A DNA stretch of 64,000 nt from an uncultured virus (IMG/VR IMGVR_UViG_3300031853_000016) (lineage: Duplodnaviria > Heunggongvirae > Uroviricota > Caudoviricetes). Where the stretch lies: the IMG/VR virus record IMGVR_UViG_3300031853_000016; one strand, 5' to 3'. Positions 46,519 to 56,676 of the stretch are shown in pieces. The position numbers and the translations under genes are program-made. Every line of letters begins with the position of its first letter. Position 1 is the first letter of the stretch. Under the pieces are notes generated by a model. That model saw only the letters and a program-made list of their open reading frames with translations. It ran no database searches and had not been told where the DNA came from.

Positions 46519-46777
46519 GCTTGTAATCTATCAGGCTATCAATTTCCCTTTCACCGAGAAGAACACGCATCTGCAAAGCCATGATAAGAACATCTGCAAC
46601 TTCTTCCTGAAAGTTGTCAAATCGTTCTCTGTATTGCTGTGCGTTCTGAATATCAGTTCGCTTGCATTTCTGAGATGCCTGTATCATCTCTGCACATTCT
46701 TCGATAAACTGTTCTCTCTGCGAATCATAGCCGTAATAATCAGCTATCTTCTTTATACGTTCGTCCATTCCGTTCAC
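46478..46777 (-). CDS. MazG-like nucleotide pyrophosphohydrolase
   Basis: IEECAEMIQA, EEVADVLI. Confidence 0.75.
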   Translation of the reverse strand: MNGMDERIKKIADYYGYDSQREQFIEECAEMIQASQKCKRTDIQNAQQYRERFDNFQEEVADVLIMALQMRVLLGEREIDSLIDYKLDRQMQRIEAERE

Positions 46778-46921
46778 CCTTTCTTCTTCTCCGTGCTGAG
46801 TAGTATCAGCACGAAAGCTATCATCAGTATTATAACTATGTTCTTATCTGCCTGAAACTGATCTCCGCAGACTATGAATATCACAAGTCCGAGGATTCCG
46901 ATTGTCCATTTGTTCATATCC

Positions 46922-47263
46922 TCACCGCCTTATCTTGTACCGCTTGCAGTAATCGTCAAGCGTTTCCATTTTGACATTGATTCTGTCAAAGTCAAGGTCA
47001 TACTTCTCAGCATATTCTGCCATCATTTCGTTTGAACACATCTGCTGTCCGAATATCTCAGGCATTTCCAGAACCATGAGTAAATCGTTGAAGAAACGCT
47101 GTATATAACGCTTTGTGTATCTGCGCTTTTCGCAGACTGCTATCATAGCGGTTATTGCCTGCTTCATCATGTCATTCATCACAGCTTCATACAGCTGATA
47201 CTGGAATAGTGCGTTCTGTAATTCCTGTTCTTTTCGGAAGTCTTTAAGTCCTCGGCTTTTCAT
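46922..47263 (-). CDS. Hypothetical phage protein
   Basis: Coupled ORF. Confidence 0.55.
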   Translation of the reverse strand: MKSRGLKDFRKEQELQNALFQYQLYEAVMNDMMKQAITAMIAVCEKRRYTKRYIQRFFNDLLMVLEMPEIFGQQMCSNEMMAEYAEKYDLDFDRINVKMETLDDYCKRYKIRR

Positions 47264-47624
47264 ACAGCTTACTCCTCATATACTTGTCAAATTCCGATGC
47301 TTCCGCAGTAATCATGTATACGTCATTGCCTGTCTCTTCAACATGAGATAAGGACATTGTAACAGCCTTTGACGATGTTCCGTGTATGCCTTTGGTGTAT
47401 CTGATAAGTGATTGATTGTCTTTATCCTCTTTCATGGTTGTTGTTCCGATAACTGCGTATTCGCTTATCAGTTCCTTCACCTTGTCAATACTCGTTGTGA
47501 CTGTATATCCCGATGCTCTGAATTCAACTGTCTGCTTTGTGGTATCAACTTCAATCGTTGCAATTGTCGGTCTCATGCCTGTTGCATCAAAGATGAAGCA
47601 TCCTGTCCTGAATATCTTACTCAT
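47244..47624 (-). CDS. Hypothetical phage protein
   Basis: GAGGAG RBS. Confidence 0.55.
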   Translation of the reverse strand: MSKIFRTGCFIFDATGMRPTIATIEVDTTKQTVEFRASGYTVTTSIDKVKELISEYAVIGTTTMKEDKDNQSLIRYTKGIHGTSSKAVTMSLSHVEETGNDVYMITAEASEFDKYMRSKLYEKPRT

Positions 47625-47731
47625 GTTTACTTCTCCTCAAATTTCCTATCTGAATTTGTGAATGCTATCACCGTGCAGATTACTCCGCAGGCGAAGCCGA
47701 TCAGCGTATATCCTAACATAGTATCACTCCT

Positions 47732-48061
47732 TTAGTATCTCGCCCACAGCTCGACACCGCAGGCCCTTGCTAATTTCTCAGCGTTCTTTGTAAACGTACT
47801 GTTCGTTGCAACGACAGCCTTTGATGTTTTATAATACATCTTAGCTGCCGCCGCCTCCTGAACAGCAGATATGCCAACACGTCCTGAATAATTCTTGCAC
47901 TGAACAACCACGCTTCTGAATGGGAATCTCCATGCAAGAATATCACCGCCATAATCATGACTGCGACCAATGACCCTCACGAAGAAATACCCGTGAAACC
48001 TCATCTTCCATGCAACGTGATGTTCATAGCGGTCACCCTTGCGCTTTGTGTTATTCCTCAT
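47732..48061 (-). CDS. Mrr-like restriction endonuclease domain protein
   Basis: DYGGDI, VVQCKNY, AVQE, VVATNSTFT..A. Confidence 0.85.
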   Translation of the reverse strand: MRNNTKRKGDRYEHHVAWKMRFHGYFFVRVIGRSHDYGGDILAWRFPFRSVVVQCKNYSGRVGISAVQEAAAAKMYYKTSKAVVATNSTFTKNAEKLARACGVELWARY

Positions 48062-48975
48062 TTGTAATCCTCAAACTTTCTGCAAGATTTGAATATAATT
48101 TTGTTATTGCACCATCGTTGAAGTCGCTTGATTGTTTGTGGTGCATTTGGTTTATTGTAAATCATCACATACGGATCATACCCCAAATCACGCAGAGTAT
48201 ATATGCGGTATAAATCCTGTTCAAGTGTGCTATTGTAGTTTGTCAGACAGTACACCATTCCGATATTCGATTTACGTCTGAATCCCTTTGCAAAATTCGT
48301 GAATTTACTTTCAAGATCGTCCTCGGGGTTGTCCCATGCAAAGTGTAATGTTCGCAGGCGCATTTTATTGATATCAGCTATATCGTCATTATTCAACAAT
48401 CTGATATCAAGACCCTGCGTAAAGTCAAGAATTGCACCTGTTTCAATGTACTGTTTCATCAGATCACGTTTATCTCGGCAAGCTGTGATATTCGGGTCAA
48501 GGATTCTAATTTCTTTTTGCCCGTTCCAGAAGTCGGATACATCTGCAACCTTTACAGAGCATCTTCCCTCTTTTGCAGCAACATGACAAAATGAACAACC
48601 TCTCGGGCATCCTCTACTTGTCATGCTTACAGCAAAATCAAACTGAGGATATATGCTGTAGTCAGGAAACATCTTTTCTATCTCAGGCGGTAAGTTCTTA
48701 TGATTGCCTTTGTCAAAGTGTTCTTTACCGTCTGAACCAAGAGTAATATTATACCCTGTGCCACCTTTTATAACCTCTCCACAGTTTATAGGGCCTTGAA
48801 CATCAGGTGAATATTGGTTACTAAATATCTTTGACATATAAACCTTGTCATAGTATTCAAAATCAGTTGCCCACCACTCTACGATATCGCCCTGTTGCTT
48901 GTGATATGCTGATATTCTCATTAACGCTAAATTCGGAAAATTATGACCGTCAACATCTATCAACCCTATCCTCAT
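48058..48975 (-). CDS. Radical SAM protein
   Basis: SRGCPRGCSFC CxxxCxxC motif. Confidence 0.9.
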   Translation of the reverse strand: MRIGLIDVDGHNFPNLALMRISAYHKQQGDIVEWWATDFEYYDKVYMSKIFSNQYSPDVQGPINCGEVIKGGTGYNITLGSDGKEHFDKGNHKNLPPEIEKMFPDYSIYPQFDFAVSMTSRGCPRGCSFCHVAAKEGRCSVKVADVSDFWNGQKEIRILDPNITACRDKRDLMKQYIETGAILDFTQGLDIRLLNNDDIADINKMRLRTLHFAWDNPEDDLESKFTNFAKGFRRKSNIGMVYCLTNYNSTLEQDLYRIYTLRDLGYDPYVMIYNKPNAPQTIKRLQRWCNNKIIFKSCRKFEDYK

Positions 48976-48996
48976 TTTTCCAGTGCCTTTATGTCA
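48697..48996. repeat. Direct repeat copy 2 (matches 1-300)
   Basis: Manual alignment, 4 mismatches. Confidence 0.95.
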
Positions 48997-49172
48997 GAAA
49001 CAAGCTTGCGGATAACTGCCGCTTCTTCATCGTATTTCTTTAGCTTCTGGTTCTCGGAAAGCATAAGAATCTGTGCAATGTTAAGTCCTTTCTTGCTATC
49101 CTCTGAGATAATAGCGTTCTCACTGATGCCGAGTGCTAATGCAACTGCGGCTGTGCTGTAGTTTTTCATCAT
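48972..49172 (-). CDS. Hypothetical protein, paralog of 276..467
   Basis: Direct protein similarity. Confidence 0.75.
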   Translation of the reverse strand: MMKNYSTAAVALALGISENAIISEDSKKGLNIAQILMLSENQKLKKYDEEAAVIRKLVSDIKALEK

Positions 49173-49195
49173 TTCAATATTCCTCCTGATTGTTT

Positions 49196-49486
49196 TTAAG
49201 TTCCCTCACTCTCATTGTCTTCACTCATCCTTCTTATTTTTTGTCGGAGCAGCTCGTTCTCCTGTGCCATAAGGTCAAGCCGCTCCATGCACAATTTCTT
49301 TTCAAGTTTCTTCCGCTGTCGGTAGGCACGCTGAGCGGCACGATGATTCTCCGCACTTGCGAACTGCCTGCACTGAGTACAGTATTTCGTCCGTATCAGA
49401 GCGAAGAAGTTTCCGTCGCCGTTAATGTTTCCGAGGACAGCGCCGCACCAGTCGCAGAGTATCGTCCCGGTCTTTCCGTCATACAT
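49196..49486 (-). CDS. Zn-finger/coiled-coil protein
   Basis: CDWCG...LIRTKYCTQC. Confidence 0.65.
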   Translation of the reverse strand: MYDGKTGTILCDWCGAVLGNINGDGNFFALIRTKYCTQCRQFASAENHRAAQRAYRQRKKLEKKLCMERLDLMAQENELLRQKIRRMSEDNESEGT

Positions 49487-49931
49487 TCAGCTCATCCCCT
49501 CCCCCATAAATATCCGTCGTTTGAATCACGTTTATGTCACGGCGTTTACGATGAGGAAGCTTGAACATCTCTGTGAAAAGGGATCTCAGAAGCTCCTTTT
49601 TCCTTGCGTCCAGGAGTGCGGCTGTCTGAGCTGAGAGCGGACTGTTTCCGTCCACCCAGATGTCAGCTGCAATGTTCTCACCGAGGATAGTCTCACGCTC
49701 GAGACTGAACCTGTAGTGGTGATCTCTGTCGGCAAGATCTGCATCGGTTTTCAGCTTATCGATCTGCTTGATCTGCTGATTGATGTAGTAGAGCTTGTCT
49801 ATCCTGTTGGAAATCTCCTCAGTGTACTTCAGCTTCCTGGGCTTCCCCCGAAAGAAGAGCGCCCATATAACATAGCCGAACAGTGCTGCCATGAAAATTA
49901 TCGTTCCGATACACTCATCCATTTCCCTCAC
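49479..49931 (-). CDS. Membrane-anchored hypothetical protein
   Basis: N-terminal TM; positional counterpart of 878..1252. Confidence 0.6.
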   Translation of the reverse strand: MREMDECIGTIIFMAALFGYVIWALFFRGKPRKLKYTEEISNRIDKLYYINQQIKQIDKLKTDADLADRDHHYRFSLERETILGENIAADIWVDGNSPLSAQTAALLDARKKELLRSLFTEMFKLPHRKRRDINVIQTTDIYGGGDELNV

Positions 49932-50242
49932 CTTCCTGTCAGATAGAATCGTTCTTCGATGATCTCTATCCAGTCCTCGATCTGGGTAGCCTTGTCGAAG
50001 ACGAAGGAATAAAGCATCAGCAGATTGAAAAGCGGTACCAGTCCGACGATGAACAGTCTTATGTAGAATTCTATCGTCACGACATTATTTCTTTCCTTTC
50101 CGCTCGCCTTATCGATGAGCCTGTATTCCGAGAAACACTCTCTTGCATCCGTTACGATCTGCTCTGTTACCGTGACCAATGCAGCAGCGATCAGTATGTC
50201 CATGAATGCGAGTGCAGCATATATATCTGTCATATTCATCAC
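49928..50242 (-). CDS. Membrane protein (2 TM)
   Basis: Two hydrophobic segments. Confidence 0.55.
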   Translation of the reverse strand: MMNMTDIYAALAFMDILIAAALVTVTEQIVTDARECFSEYRLIDKASGKERNNVVTIEFYIRLFIVGLVPLFNLLMLYSFVFDKATQIEDWIEIIEERFYLTGR

Positions 50243-50246
50243 CCTT

Positions 50247-51005
50247 TCAGATATTATTTATCACGAACCTGTATTTTTCCATATCGAAGTCGTCCTTCTT
50301 CACGTTGTCTTTTTCGAGCCAACGTCTGATAGTAACCGCATAGTCCGAGTACCGCTTACCAGAAGACTGCACATACTCGTCTACCCGTCTGATGTACTCC
50401 CTGATGTTGCTCTCACCGTAGTCTGAGACGAGCTGAGAATACTCATCTGCTGAAAGTAAAACATTTTCATAATTGCCGTATTTAGTTTTTATATTTTCCT
50501 TTTTAGGTGTGGGGTTTTTCTTTCCCCTTTCTTTAATACTTTCTTTATTTTCTTTATATGTACTGTTGCAATTTTCTGCAACAGTAGTGTTGCAATTTTC
50601 TGCAACAGTAGTGTTGCAATTTTCTGCAACAGTAGTGTTGCCGTTTTCTGCAACAGTTGCAATTTTCTGCAACAGTAAACTTGCACAACTTTCAACAGCC
50701 CATTTTTCATAATTTTTCACAACAGAAATAGTCTGTGGTTTAACGCCCGGATTCGTTCTCAGCTCGATGATATTTTGATTTGATAGTCGCTTCAATGCTT
50801 TTTGAATATGCTCTCGTCTGACTCCAACAGCGGCAGATATTTCTGAAAGCGGCATCTCTGCATACGTCCTGTTAAAACCGTATGTTCTGCGGATGATATA
50901 AAGCAGGATCCGCATTTCGTTCCCTGAGATATTCAGCCGACAGATAGCTTCGAGCAGTTCATTGTCAATTCGTGTATATCCGTTCCTGACCTGCGGATCT
51001 GCCAT
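50247..51005 (-). CDS. Replication initiator (lambda O-like N-terminus)
   Basis: GYTRIDNELLEA, IIRRTYGFN; internal iterons. Confidence 0.85.
   Translation of the reverse strand: MADPQVRNGYTRIDNELLEAICRLNISGNEMRILLYIIRRTYGFNRTYAEMPLSEISAAVGVRREHIQKALKRLSNQNIIELRTNPGVKPQTISVVKNYEKWAVESCASLLLQKIATVAENGNTTVAENCNTTVAENCNTTVAENCNSTYKENKESIKERGKKNPTPKKENIKTKYGNYENVLLSADEYSQLVSDYGESNIREYIRRVDEYVQSSGKRYSDYAVTIRRWLEKDNVKKDDFDMEKYRFVINNI
50564..50677. repeat. 24-bp tandem iterons TGTTGCAATTTTCTGCAACAGTAG, probable origin of phage B
   Basis: About 5 copies, each with internal palindrome, next to AT-rich tract. Confidence 0.85.
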
Positions 51006-51020
51006 AGTATCACCTCCCGA

Positions 51021-51497
51021 TCAAAACGGAACATCACCGTCGCTGAGTATCTCCTCGAAGTCGCTGAGAGAACCGTAGGACATATTATCGTTAGTCTGCG
51101 GCTGCTGTGCGGTCGTCTGCGGAGGTGTAGCAGCTGCTGCATAGTTGGTATTATTTCCGCCTCCGCCCTCGTTCTTGCTGCCTGCGAACTCTACATTATC
51201 GACGATAACATCCATAGTGTAGTGAGTAACATCGGGATAATGTCTGTCCTGATAGTTATTGTTCCTCAGCTCGCCCTCGAGGCATATCATCTTGCCCTTG
51301 GAAAAGTACCTCGAAACAAACTCTGCGGTCTGTCTCCAGGCAATGCAGCTGACGAAATCAGCCTGTCTTTCACCTGTGCTTTTATCGGCAAATTTCCTGT
51401 TTACTGCGACTGTGAAACGGCAGCTTGCAATGCCGCTTTGTGTTGTTCTGAGCTCTGGATCAGCTGTCAGCCGTCCGAGCAGTATCACTTTGTTCAT
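51021..51497 (-). CDS. ssb: Single-stranded DNA-binding protein
   Basis: MNKVILLGRLTADPE, C-terminal DGDVPF. Confidence 0.95.
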   Translation of the reverse strand: MNKVILLGRLTADPELRTTQSGIASCRFTVAVNRKFADKSTGERQADFVSCIAWRQTAEFVSRYFSKGKMICLEGELRNNNYQDRHYPDVTHYTMDVIVDNVEFAGSKNEGGGGNNTNYAAAATPPQTTAQQPQTNDNMSYGSLSDFEEILSDGDVPF

Positions 51498-51728
51498 GTA
51501 TCTTTTTCTCCCTCATCTGTAGGAACAGCATCTCGAAAGTACGGCGCTGATGATCGGAGAGGATGAACTCCCCGACCTTCGCCTTATAGAAATCGTAGAA
51601 CTTCCGCACCTCGGGATGATTAACGTTCAGTTTATAGCCGTATGGATTTTCTTTTGCGAAAATAGAATCACTTACCTCAGTCCGCCCCAGCTTCAGAGCC
51701 TGGTCGTATGGTATCTTCTTTCCCATAG

Positions 51729-52283
51729 CTACTTGCGCGGAGCCGTCTGCTTCTTGTAGTTGTGGTAATACCAGAAAAATACTTCCAGTATTTTCAGCGC
51801 AGAGTGGTTCACATCTGGGACGAATTCCACGCTGAAGCTGTATCGATTGCCACACTTCCATGATTGCAGCGTACTGTATACCGTAGCGCCGATATTCTTG
51901 ACCTTGCGCCCCTGCTTGGCTGCCTGCTGTTCCGACAGCTCGAAGCCTTTCAGATGCGTCCAGCCTGTGCAGTTTTCAAGCATAAATACACACTGATTCG
52001 CATTTCGGGAAATAGTGTCCAGCTCCTTCTCGATGCGCTCACGGTCAGCTGTGACGTTGCCGTAGACCTCATCAACATCCGCCTTGCGCTCTATGACGCA
52101 GGAACGGGAAAAGTCCTTCCCGTCCACAGAAAAGCTGTAGTCGCCGAAGTCGAGCTTCTGAGACTTGTGCATTATCCCGAGGGTACTCAGCACCTGAGTG
52201 ATATGAGCGTTTTTCTGCTCTCTTGTATCGATCAGAATCGTTACTTTCTTCATGAATTCCTTTTTTTCGTCAGCACTACTCAA
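51729..52283 (-). CDS. ERCC4-domain nuclease
   Basis: ILIDTREQ, LDFGDY, VIERK. Confidence 0.85.
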   Translation of the reverse strand: MSSADEKKEFMKKVTILIDTREQKNAHITQVLSTLGIMHKSQKLDFGDYSFSVDGKDFSRSCVIERKADVDEVYGNVTADRERIEKELDTISRNANQCVFMLENCTGWTHLKGFELSEQQAAKQGRKVKNIGATVYSTLQSWKCGNRYSFSVEFVPDVNHSALKILEVFFWYYHNYKKQTAPRK

Positions 52284-53070
52284 CCTCGTACACCTCCAGA
52301 TCCTCGTGATAGTTTCTCGGTCCCGTCAGGACCTTAGTAAATCGGCAGTACGGACAGTGTCCGCATCTCTGCGGCTGTACTCGTCCTTCCTTGATCGCCT
52401 GGAACCTCGGTGCAAGACTCTCGACCTCGCTCAGACTTGCATCCAGATCCTCGTCCGGTACCCAGAGCACATCAAGATCCGGCTCCTCTTCCTTGGTGAT
52501 GCCTGCGATAGTAAACGGCAGCACGTTCCCTGTGTTCTGCCGCACTACCTCACGATAGATAGCGCCCTGAATGTCATATCCCCAGTAGTTTATAAAATGC
52601 AGCTTAGCGCCTTTTTCGGCGCTGTAAATTGGAGCGAAGTCCTTGACACACTTAAGATCAACGATACAGCTCGGATGCAGGCTGTCGACCTTTATCTTGA
52701 ACGGGATGCCTGCTATCTCGCCTACCATTATCACCTGTTTTTCGCCTGACATGTACCTCGAAAATACTTCGTCACGCTCCGCACGCTGTATCATATACTC
52801 AGCGTGCTGATACTGCGCTTTCAGGTCGCCGGTACGAGTAAATATCTCAGGATGCTGTGCTTTGAAAATATCAAGTGTACCCTCGTAGTGAGCATCGACA
52901 TAGGAGCCAATCAGCAGCGCATCCGTCACCTTCCTCTGATACTCACCGCGAAGCTCCGCAAGTGCGGCAGCCTCGCAGCTGAGGAAGCTCTTGAACTGTG
53001 AACTGCCCATATACTTCATGTTGTTTTCAGGGGCGAAGTAGTTCTCAGCAGTAAGAGCATGTGATTTCAT
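52276..53070 (-). CDS. RecE-like PD-(D/E)XK exonuclease (DUF3799-like)
   Basis: YMGSSQFKSF, KIKVD, IVDLK, GYDIQGAIY, CGHCPYC. Confidence 0.85.
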   Translation of the reverse strand: MKSHALTAENYFAPENNMKYMGSSQFKSFLSCEAAALAELRGEYQRKVTDALLIGSYVDAHYEGTLDIFKAQHPEIFTRTGDLKAQYQHAEYMIQRAERDEVFSRYMSGEKQVIMVGEIAGIPFKIKVDSLHPSCIVDLKCVKDFAPIYSAEKGAKLHFINYWGYDIQGAIYREVVRQNTGNVLPFTIAGITKEEEPDLDVLWVPDEDLDASLSEVESLAPRFQAIKEGRVQPQRCGHCPYCRFTKVLTGPRNYHEDLEVYEVE

Positions 53071-54497
53071 ATGTAATGTACCTCCATTTCAGAGGAGTCT
53101 GTTGTCCTTGTAGCTATGAACTGTATTCCCTTTTCATGGCACTTGTGATACAGCTTATCGCGGTTCTCAGAGGACAGCTTCTCGGTTCCGTCGATGAGTA
53201 TGACCTGGAGTCCGTTCGGCTTAGCGAGAGCCACATCAACGCAGAGGCTGAGCTGCTCACCCTCGGAGAGGTTCGCTACCGGAAGACCATGTATCAGCGG
53301 TATGCCGTTCTCAACCGTGAATCCCTCTATCGGGATAGTTGCTGTAGATAATATCTCACCTGGGAGTCTTCGTGCAAGCTCGATTTTTCGGGTATATTCG
53401 TCAGACTTGATTTTGAGCTGCTCTAAATCAAGCTGCATTGCCTGCATACGCTGGTACTCGTTCAGATGCCGCCTCATATCCTCGGCATTGGTTATCTCTG
53501 TCTGGAGCTCAGTGCAGTCTATAGGAGTCTTATCCATATATTCATCAGCTACACTCATATCAGCGTCAAGCTTTGTCTTAGCTGCGGTAAAGTGACTCTC
53601 AGCAAGTGCTTTCTTATCCTCGAGCTTTCCTGACAGCCCTGCAAGCTTGTCCTCGCTCGCCTTGATCTGAGCCTTCATGCGTTCGATATCGGATAGCAGC
53701 GTTTCACGCTCGGCAGCAACAGCTTTTTCCTCGGCGGATATTTCTATCATCCTGTCCGCCTCGAGCTTCCTGAGCTTGCTGTCGTAGCTGCTGCGGAAGA
53801 GCTTCGCACGCTCGATGCGGCTGTTATGCTCCTTCATCTGTTCAAGCTTCTTATAAGCTGCTCCGAGATCGTATGCCTCCCATTTCTCAGCCTGATAATT
53901 CGCAGGGATATCCTTGGCAATATTCTCGATAAATGCCTGTTTATTACGGATATCACGGTTTACGTCCTGACGTTCCTTGAACCACTCACCGTTTTCGGCC
54001 TGCATATCACTGAGGACCTGGAGAATGTTCTGCTCGTAGTTTACCCAGGAGGGGATCTCTCCGAACTTGTCCCGGATGAAATTAAGGTCCCATGAGAAGT
54101 CTATAAGATCAAGTATTGCTCTGTTTTTCGCCTTTTCGTCCATAAGTGTGAATGCAACAGGATCCAGCTGCAAAGGCGTGAAGAGCGTCTTAAGGAAGTT
54201 CTCAGGAGCCATAACTTCACGTCCATTTTCCTTGACCGACTTATAATCGGACTGCTCTGTTCTCTTCTTGCGGTCAATAGTAAGTCCTGTATCAGTCTCG
54301 ATGAGGATCTCGCCCTCTTTCTCGCCCTGCCTGACAATAATGTTCCTGTCGCTCTTATTTGTGAGAGCATAGCGGAATGCATCGATAACCGAAGTTTTTC
54401 CGACTCCGTTAGCTCCTGTGATCTCGACGGAGCGGCCGTCCAGCTCCGTCTCTGTAATTCCGAAAAGGTTACGTATCTTGACTTTTGTGGTTCTCAT
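53067..54497 (-). CDS. SMC/SbcC-like AAA ATPase
   Basis: GANGVGKTS, long coiled coil, LSEGE signature, ILIDG. Confidence 0.9.
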   Translation of the reverse strand: MRTTKVKIRNLFGITETELDGRSVEITGANGVGKTSVIDAFRYALTNKSDRNIIVRQGEKEGEILIETDTGLTIDRKKRTEQSDYKSVKENGREVMAPENFLKTLFTPLQLDPVAFTLMDEKAKNRAILDLIDFSWDLNFIRDKFGEIPSWVNYEQNILQVLSDMQAENGEWFKERQDVNRDIRNKQAFIENIAKDIPANYQAEKWEAYDLGAAYKKLEQMKEHNSRIERAKLFRSSYDSKLRKLEADRMIEISAEEKAVAAERETLLSDIERMKAQIKASEDKLAGLSGKLEDKKALAESHFTAAKTKLDADMSVADEYMDKTPIDCTELQTEITNAEDMRRHLNEYQRMQAMQLDLEQLKIKSDEYTRKIELARRLPGEILSTATIPIEGFTVENGIPLIHGLPVANLSEGEQLSLCVDVALAKPNGLQVILIDGTEKLSSENRDKLYHKCHEKGIQFIATRTTDSSEMEVHYI

Positions 54498-55045
54498 ATC
54501 TTAATTTCCTCCGTTGTTGTTGATGTTCCGAGCGGATCAGGTGCTTTCTGCTGATCCATTTTTTCTTTGAGCTTCTGAGCACACTCGGCACAGAGCTCCT
54601 TTCCGTATGTCTTGTGAGTATACATTGATACCCATTCCGCGCTCTTTCCGAACGCTTCTGTTATCGGACTGCCGCAGTCGCTGCACTTAAGAGATACCTG
54701 CTGCTGTGCCGGTACGAATGGTCTTATTCTCAGACCGCCGACCGTCTCACGTCCGAACTTGACTGTCGGATCATAGTAGATCTGTATCTTGCGTCCCTTC
54801 CAGTCCTCTATGTATGGTGTCTTATAGATCTTCTGGATCGTTTTCATGTTGGTCTTGTTGAGGATAAGCGGCTTGTTGCCGTCCGAAAAATGTGCAACTA
54901 CTTCTATCTCGGACTTTCCGCCTACACCTGTGACTTTTTCCTGAGCCACATAGTCAATCGTTGCTATCAGATCACATCCCTCGGGTATCGAGTAGTCACC
55001 CATATAGTTAGGATTGGTCATTTTCTTCCAGTGTGTTTTTTCCAT
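54494..55045 (-). CDS. Recombination-module hypothetical protein
   Basis: KTHWKK..NPNYMG, KPLILNKTN, GGLRIR, C-terminal CxxC pair. Confidence 0.7.
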   Translation of the reverse strand: MEKTHWKKMTNPNYMGDYSIPEGCDLIATIDYVAQEKVTGVGGKSEIEVVAHFSDGNKPLILNKTNMKTIQKIYKTPYIEDWKGRKIQIYYDPTVKFGRETVGGLRIRPFVPAQQQVSLKCSDCGSPITEAFGKSAEWVSMYTHKTYGKELCAECAQKLKEKMDQQKAPDPLGTSTTTEEIKI

Positions 55046-55048
55046 TTT

Positions 55049-55342
55049 TTACTTCCCTTCTTCATGTAAATACTTATGCAGCAGCTTGGCTGCCTTGTTC
55101 CATGTCAGCGTATAACGCTTGTTTACCTCGTTGACTGTCACTTCGATTCTGTCCGACCGTGCGAAAATACCGTAACCGTCCCTGTTGATGCCGTTGTTCA
55201 TGTGCTTTTTCTTCAGGTCACGCCCGAAGTCACCATAAGACTTTACCTTGCCGATTGCTAAGTCTTCATCGTCAACGAACAGCAGCAAGGCTTCCAGAAT
55301 CTTGATCGAGTCGGTAACGCCGTCCCATTTGACTGTTTCCAT
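55049..55342 (-). CDS. Hypothetical phage protein
   Basis: RBS and operon position. Confidence 0.55.
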   Translation of the reverse strand: METVKWDGVTDSIKILEALLLFVDDEDLAIGKVKSYGDFGRDLKKKHMNNGINRDGYGIFARSDRIEVTVNEVNKRYTLTWNKAAKLLHKYLHEEGK

Positions 55343-55684
55343 TTGACATTTCTTCCTTTCTGTGGTATGATTTTGGTGGTATATATTTTTTTCTTGCTCC
55401 CTTCGGGGAGCTTTTTTCTTTATCTCCTGATATATGTATCTCTATCCTTCCGTATATATCCTGCTTCAAGAGCTGCTTCTTCATGAAGCTCATCAAGGAA
55501 ATTCACATATATCTTGTTTTCGGTTTCCGGATGTTCACTCATGCTGCAATCAAGAACAATAGCAAACTTGTACCCATTGTAATGATTGAATAGCCAATCA
55601 TAAACGTCTGAAAACTTCTTTACACCTGAGAATACTAAGCAGCTGCGTCCGTGCTTGTCGGTAAAATTCTCGTCTACTGTCATA

Positions 55685-56005
55685 TCAGCACCCCATGTCA
55701 AATGTAAGCTGAGGGTTTTCTTCATCGCCCTCCCACTTGATGCGGAAACCGTTTTCAAACGGTACACGCTTGCTTATCCACTGTTTGACTATCTCCGGAA
55801 GAACTTTGAACCGCGCTGAGCACTTGTAAATCCTGTCATCATTGTAGATCCTGTGGAAATAATACACTGTGTAGTAGGGATATGCCGTCTTGTGATGTTC
55901 AACCCGAACTATCTTATCATCATCAGCTATGTCCAGCTTGTCAGGGTAACACTCATTCATTCGCACAATACACGGCATTCTGGTGAAGAAATCACTTGTT
56001 TTCAT
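55685..56005 (-). CDS. Hypothetical phage protein
   Basis: Coupled ORF. Confidence 0.5.
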   Translation of the reverse strand: MKTSDFFTRMPCIVRMNECYPDKLDIADDDKIVRVEHHKTAYPYYTVYYFHRIYNDDRIYKCSARFKVLPEIVKQWISKRVPFENGFRIKWEGDEENPQLTFDMGC

Positions 56006-56298
56006 GGGAATCTCACCTTGATTCTTCTTTTAATATCCTCGGGAATATCACAGAATTCCTCTCCATCAACACCAACCACAATCGCATTACCAACGATCAT
56101 GGTTCCTGCAATTGCCGAAGCGAACGGATTAACCGCAAGACCTTTCAGCAGACCTTCTTCGTTTACGATCATAACGGCCTGATCCGGAACGATCTGTAAT
56201 GTCTCGATATATCCATCAACAGCAGCCTGTAGTGCTTCAAGAGTATTGTCAATTTCAATTTCCTCGACTCTTCGTCCTTCAAACTTTATTGCTTTCAT
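56002..56298 (-). CDS. DUF3846-like protein
   Basis: NTLEALQAAVDGYIE, IVNEEG, IVGNAIVVG. Confidence 0.8.
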   Translation of the reverse strand: MKAIKFEGRRVEEIEIDNTLEALQAAVDGYIETLQIVPDQAVMIVNEEGLLKGLAVNPFASAIAGTMIVGNAIVVGVDGEEFCDIPEDIKRRIKVRFP

Positions 56299-56453
56299 CT
56301 ATTTTCCTCCTGTCTATCTGCATAAGTATCTGTAGTAAAAATCCAGTTCAGCATCGTCACGGCATTTCAGCAGCACATCCTCAGCCGTTACGATTACTTC
56401 AAGCCTGATGTTGCGGAGCTTGTCTGCAATGGCTGCGGCCTTTTCATGATTCT

Positions 56454-56672
56454 TCATCTGCATAGCTTCGCCCTCATTATCATGCTCAGGACCGTCTCGC
56501 AGGGAGTCTTGATCTGGATCCGTCTGCCGTCCGTAGTCACGAGCCAGCACTTGTCCTCCTGACGCTGTATCTCCTCGATATCGCTGATGTCGATGTCGAA
56601 GAGAATGCCGTCTATGTCTCTCAGTGTTATCATTTCCGAACTTCCTCCTTGAATTATTTTGAATACTTCCAT
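56454..56672 (-). CDS. Small FlbD-like hypothetical protein
   Basis: MITLRDIDG..DIEEI..VTTDGRRIQIK. Confidence 0.5.
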   Translation of the reverse strand: MEVFKIIQGGSSEMITLRDIDGILFDIDISDIEEIQRQEDKCWLVTTDGRRIQIKTPCETVLSMIMRAKLCR

Positions 56673-56676
56673 CCAT

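Larger units (their letters stand above)
1..48996. mobile_element. Temperate siphophage A, apparently one circularly permuted genome length (tyrosine integrase, attP-like site, DGR)
   Basis: Full set of replication, immunity, integrase, lysis, tail, head and packaging genes bounded by the near-identical repeat 1-300 / 48697-48996. Confidence 0.7.

Noticed and set aside
50564..50677. CRISPR array
   Set aside because: Tandem 24-bp units without spacers, in frame inside the replication initiator; iterons
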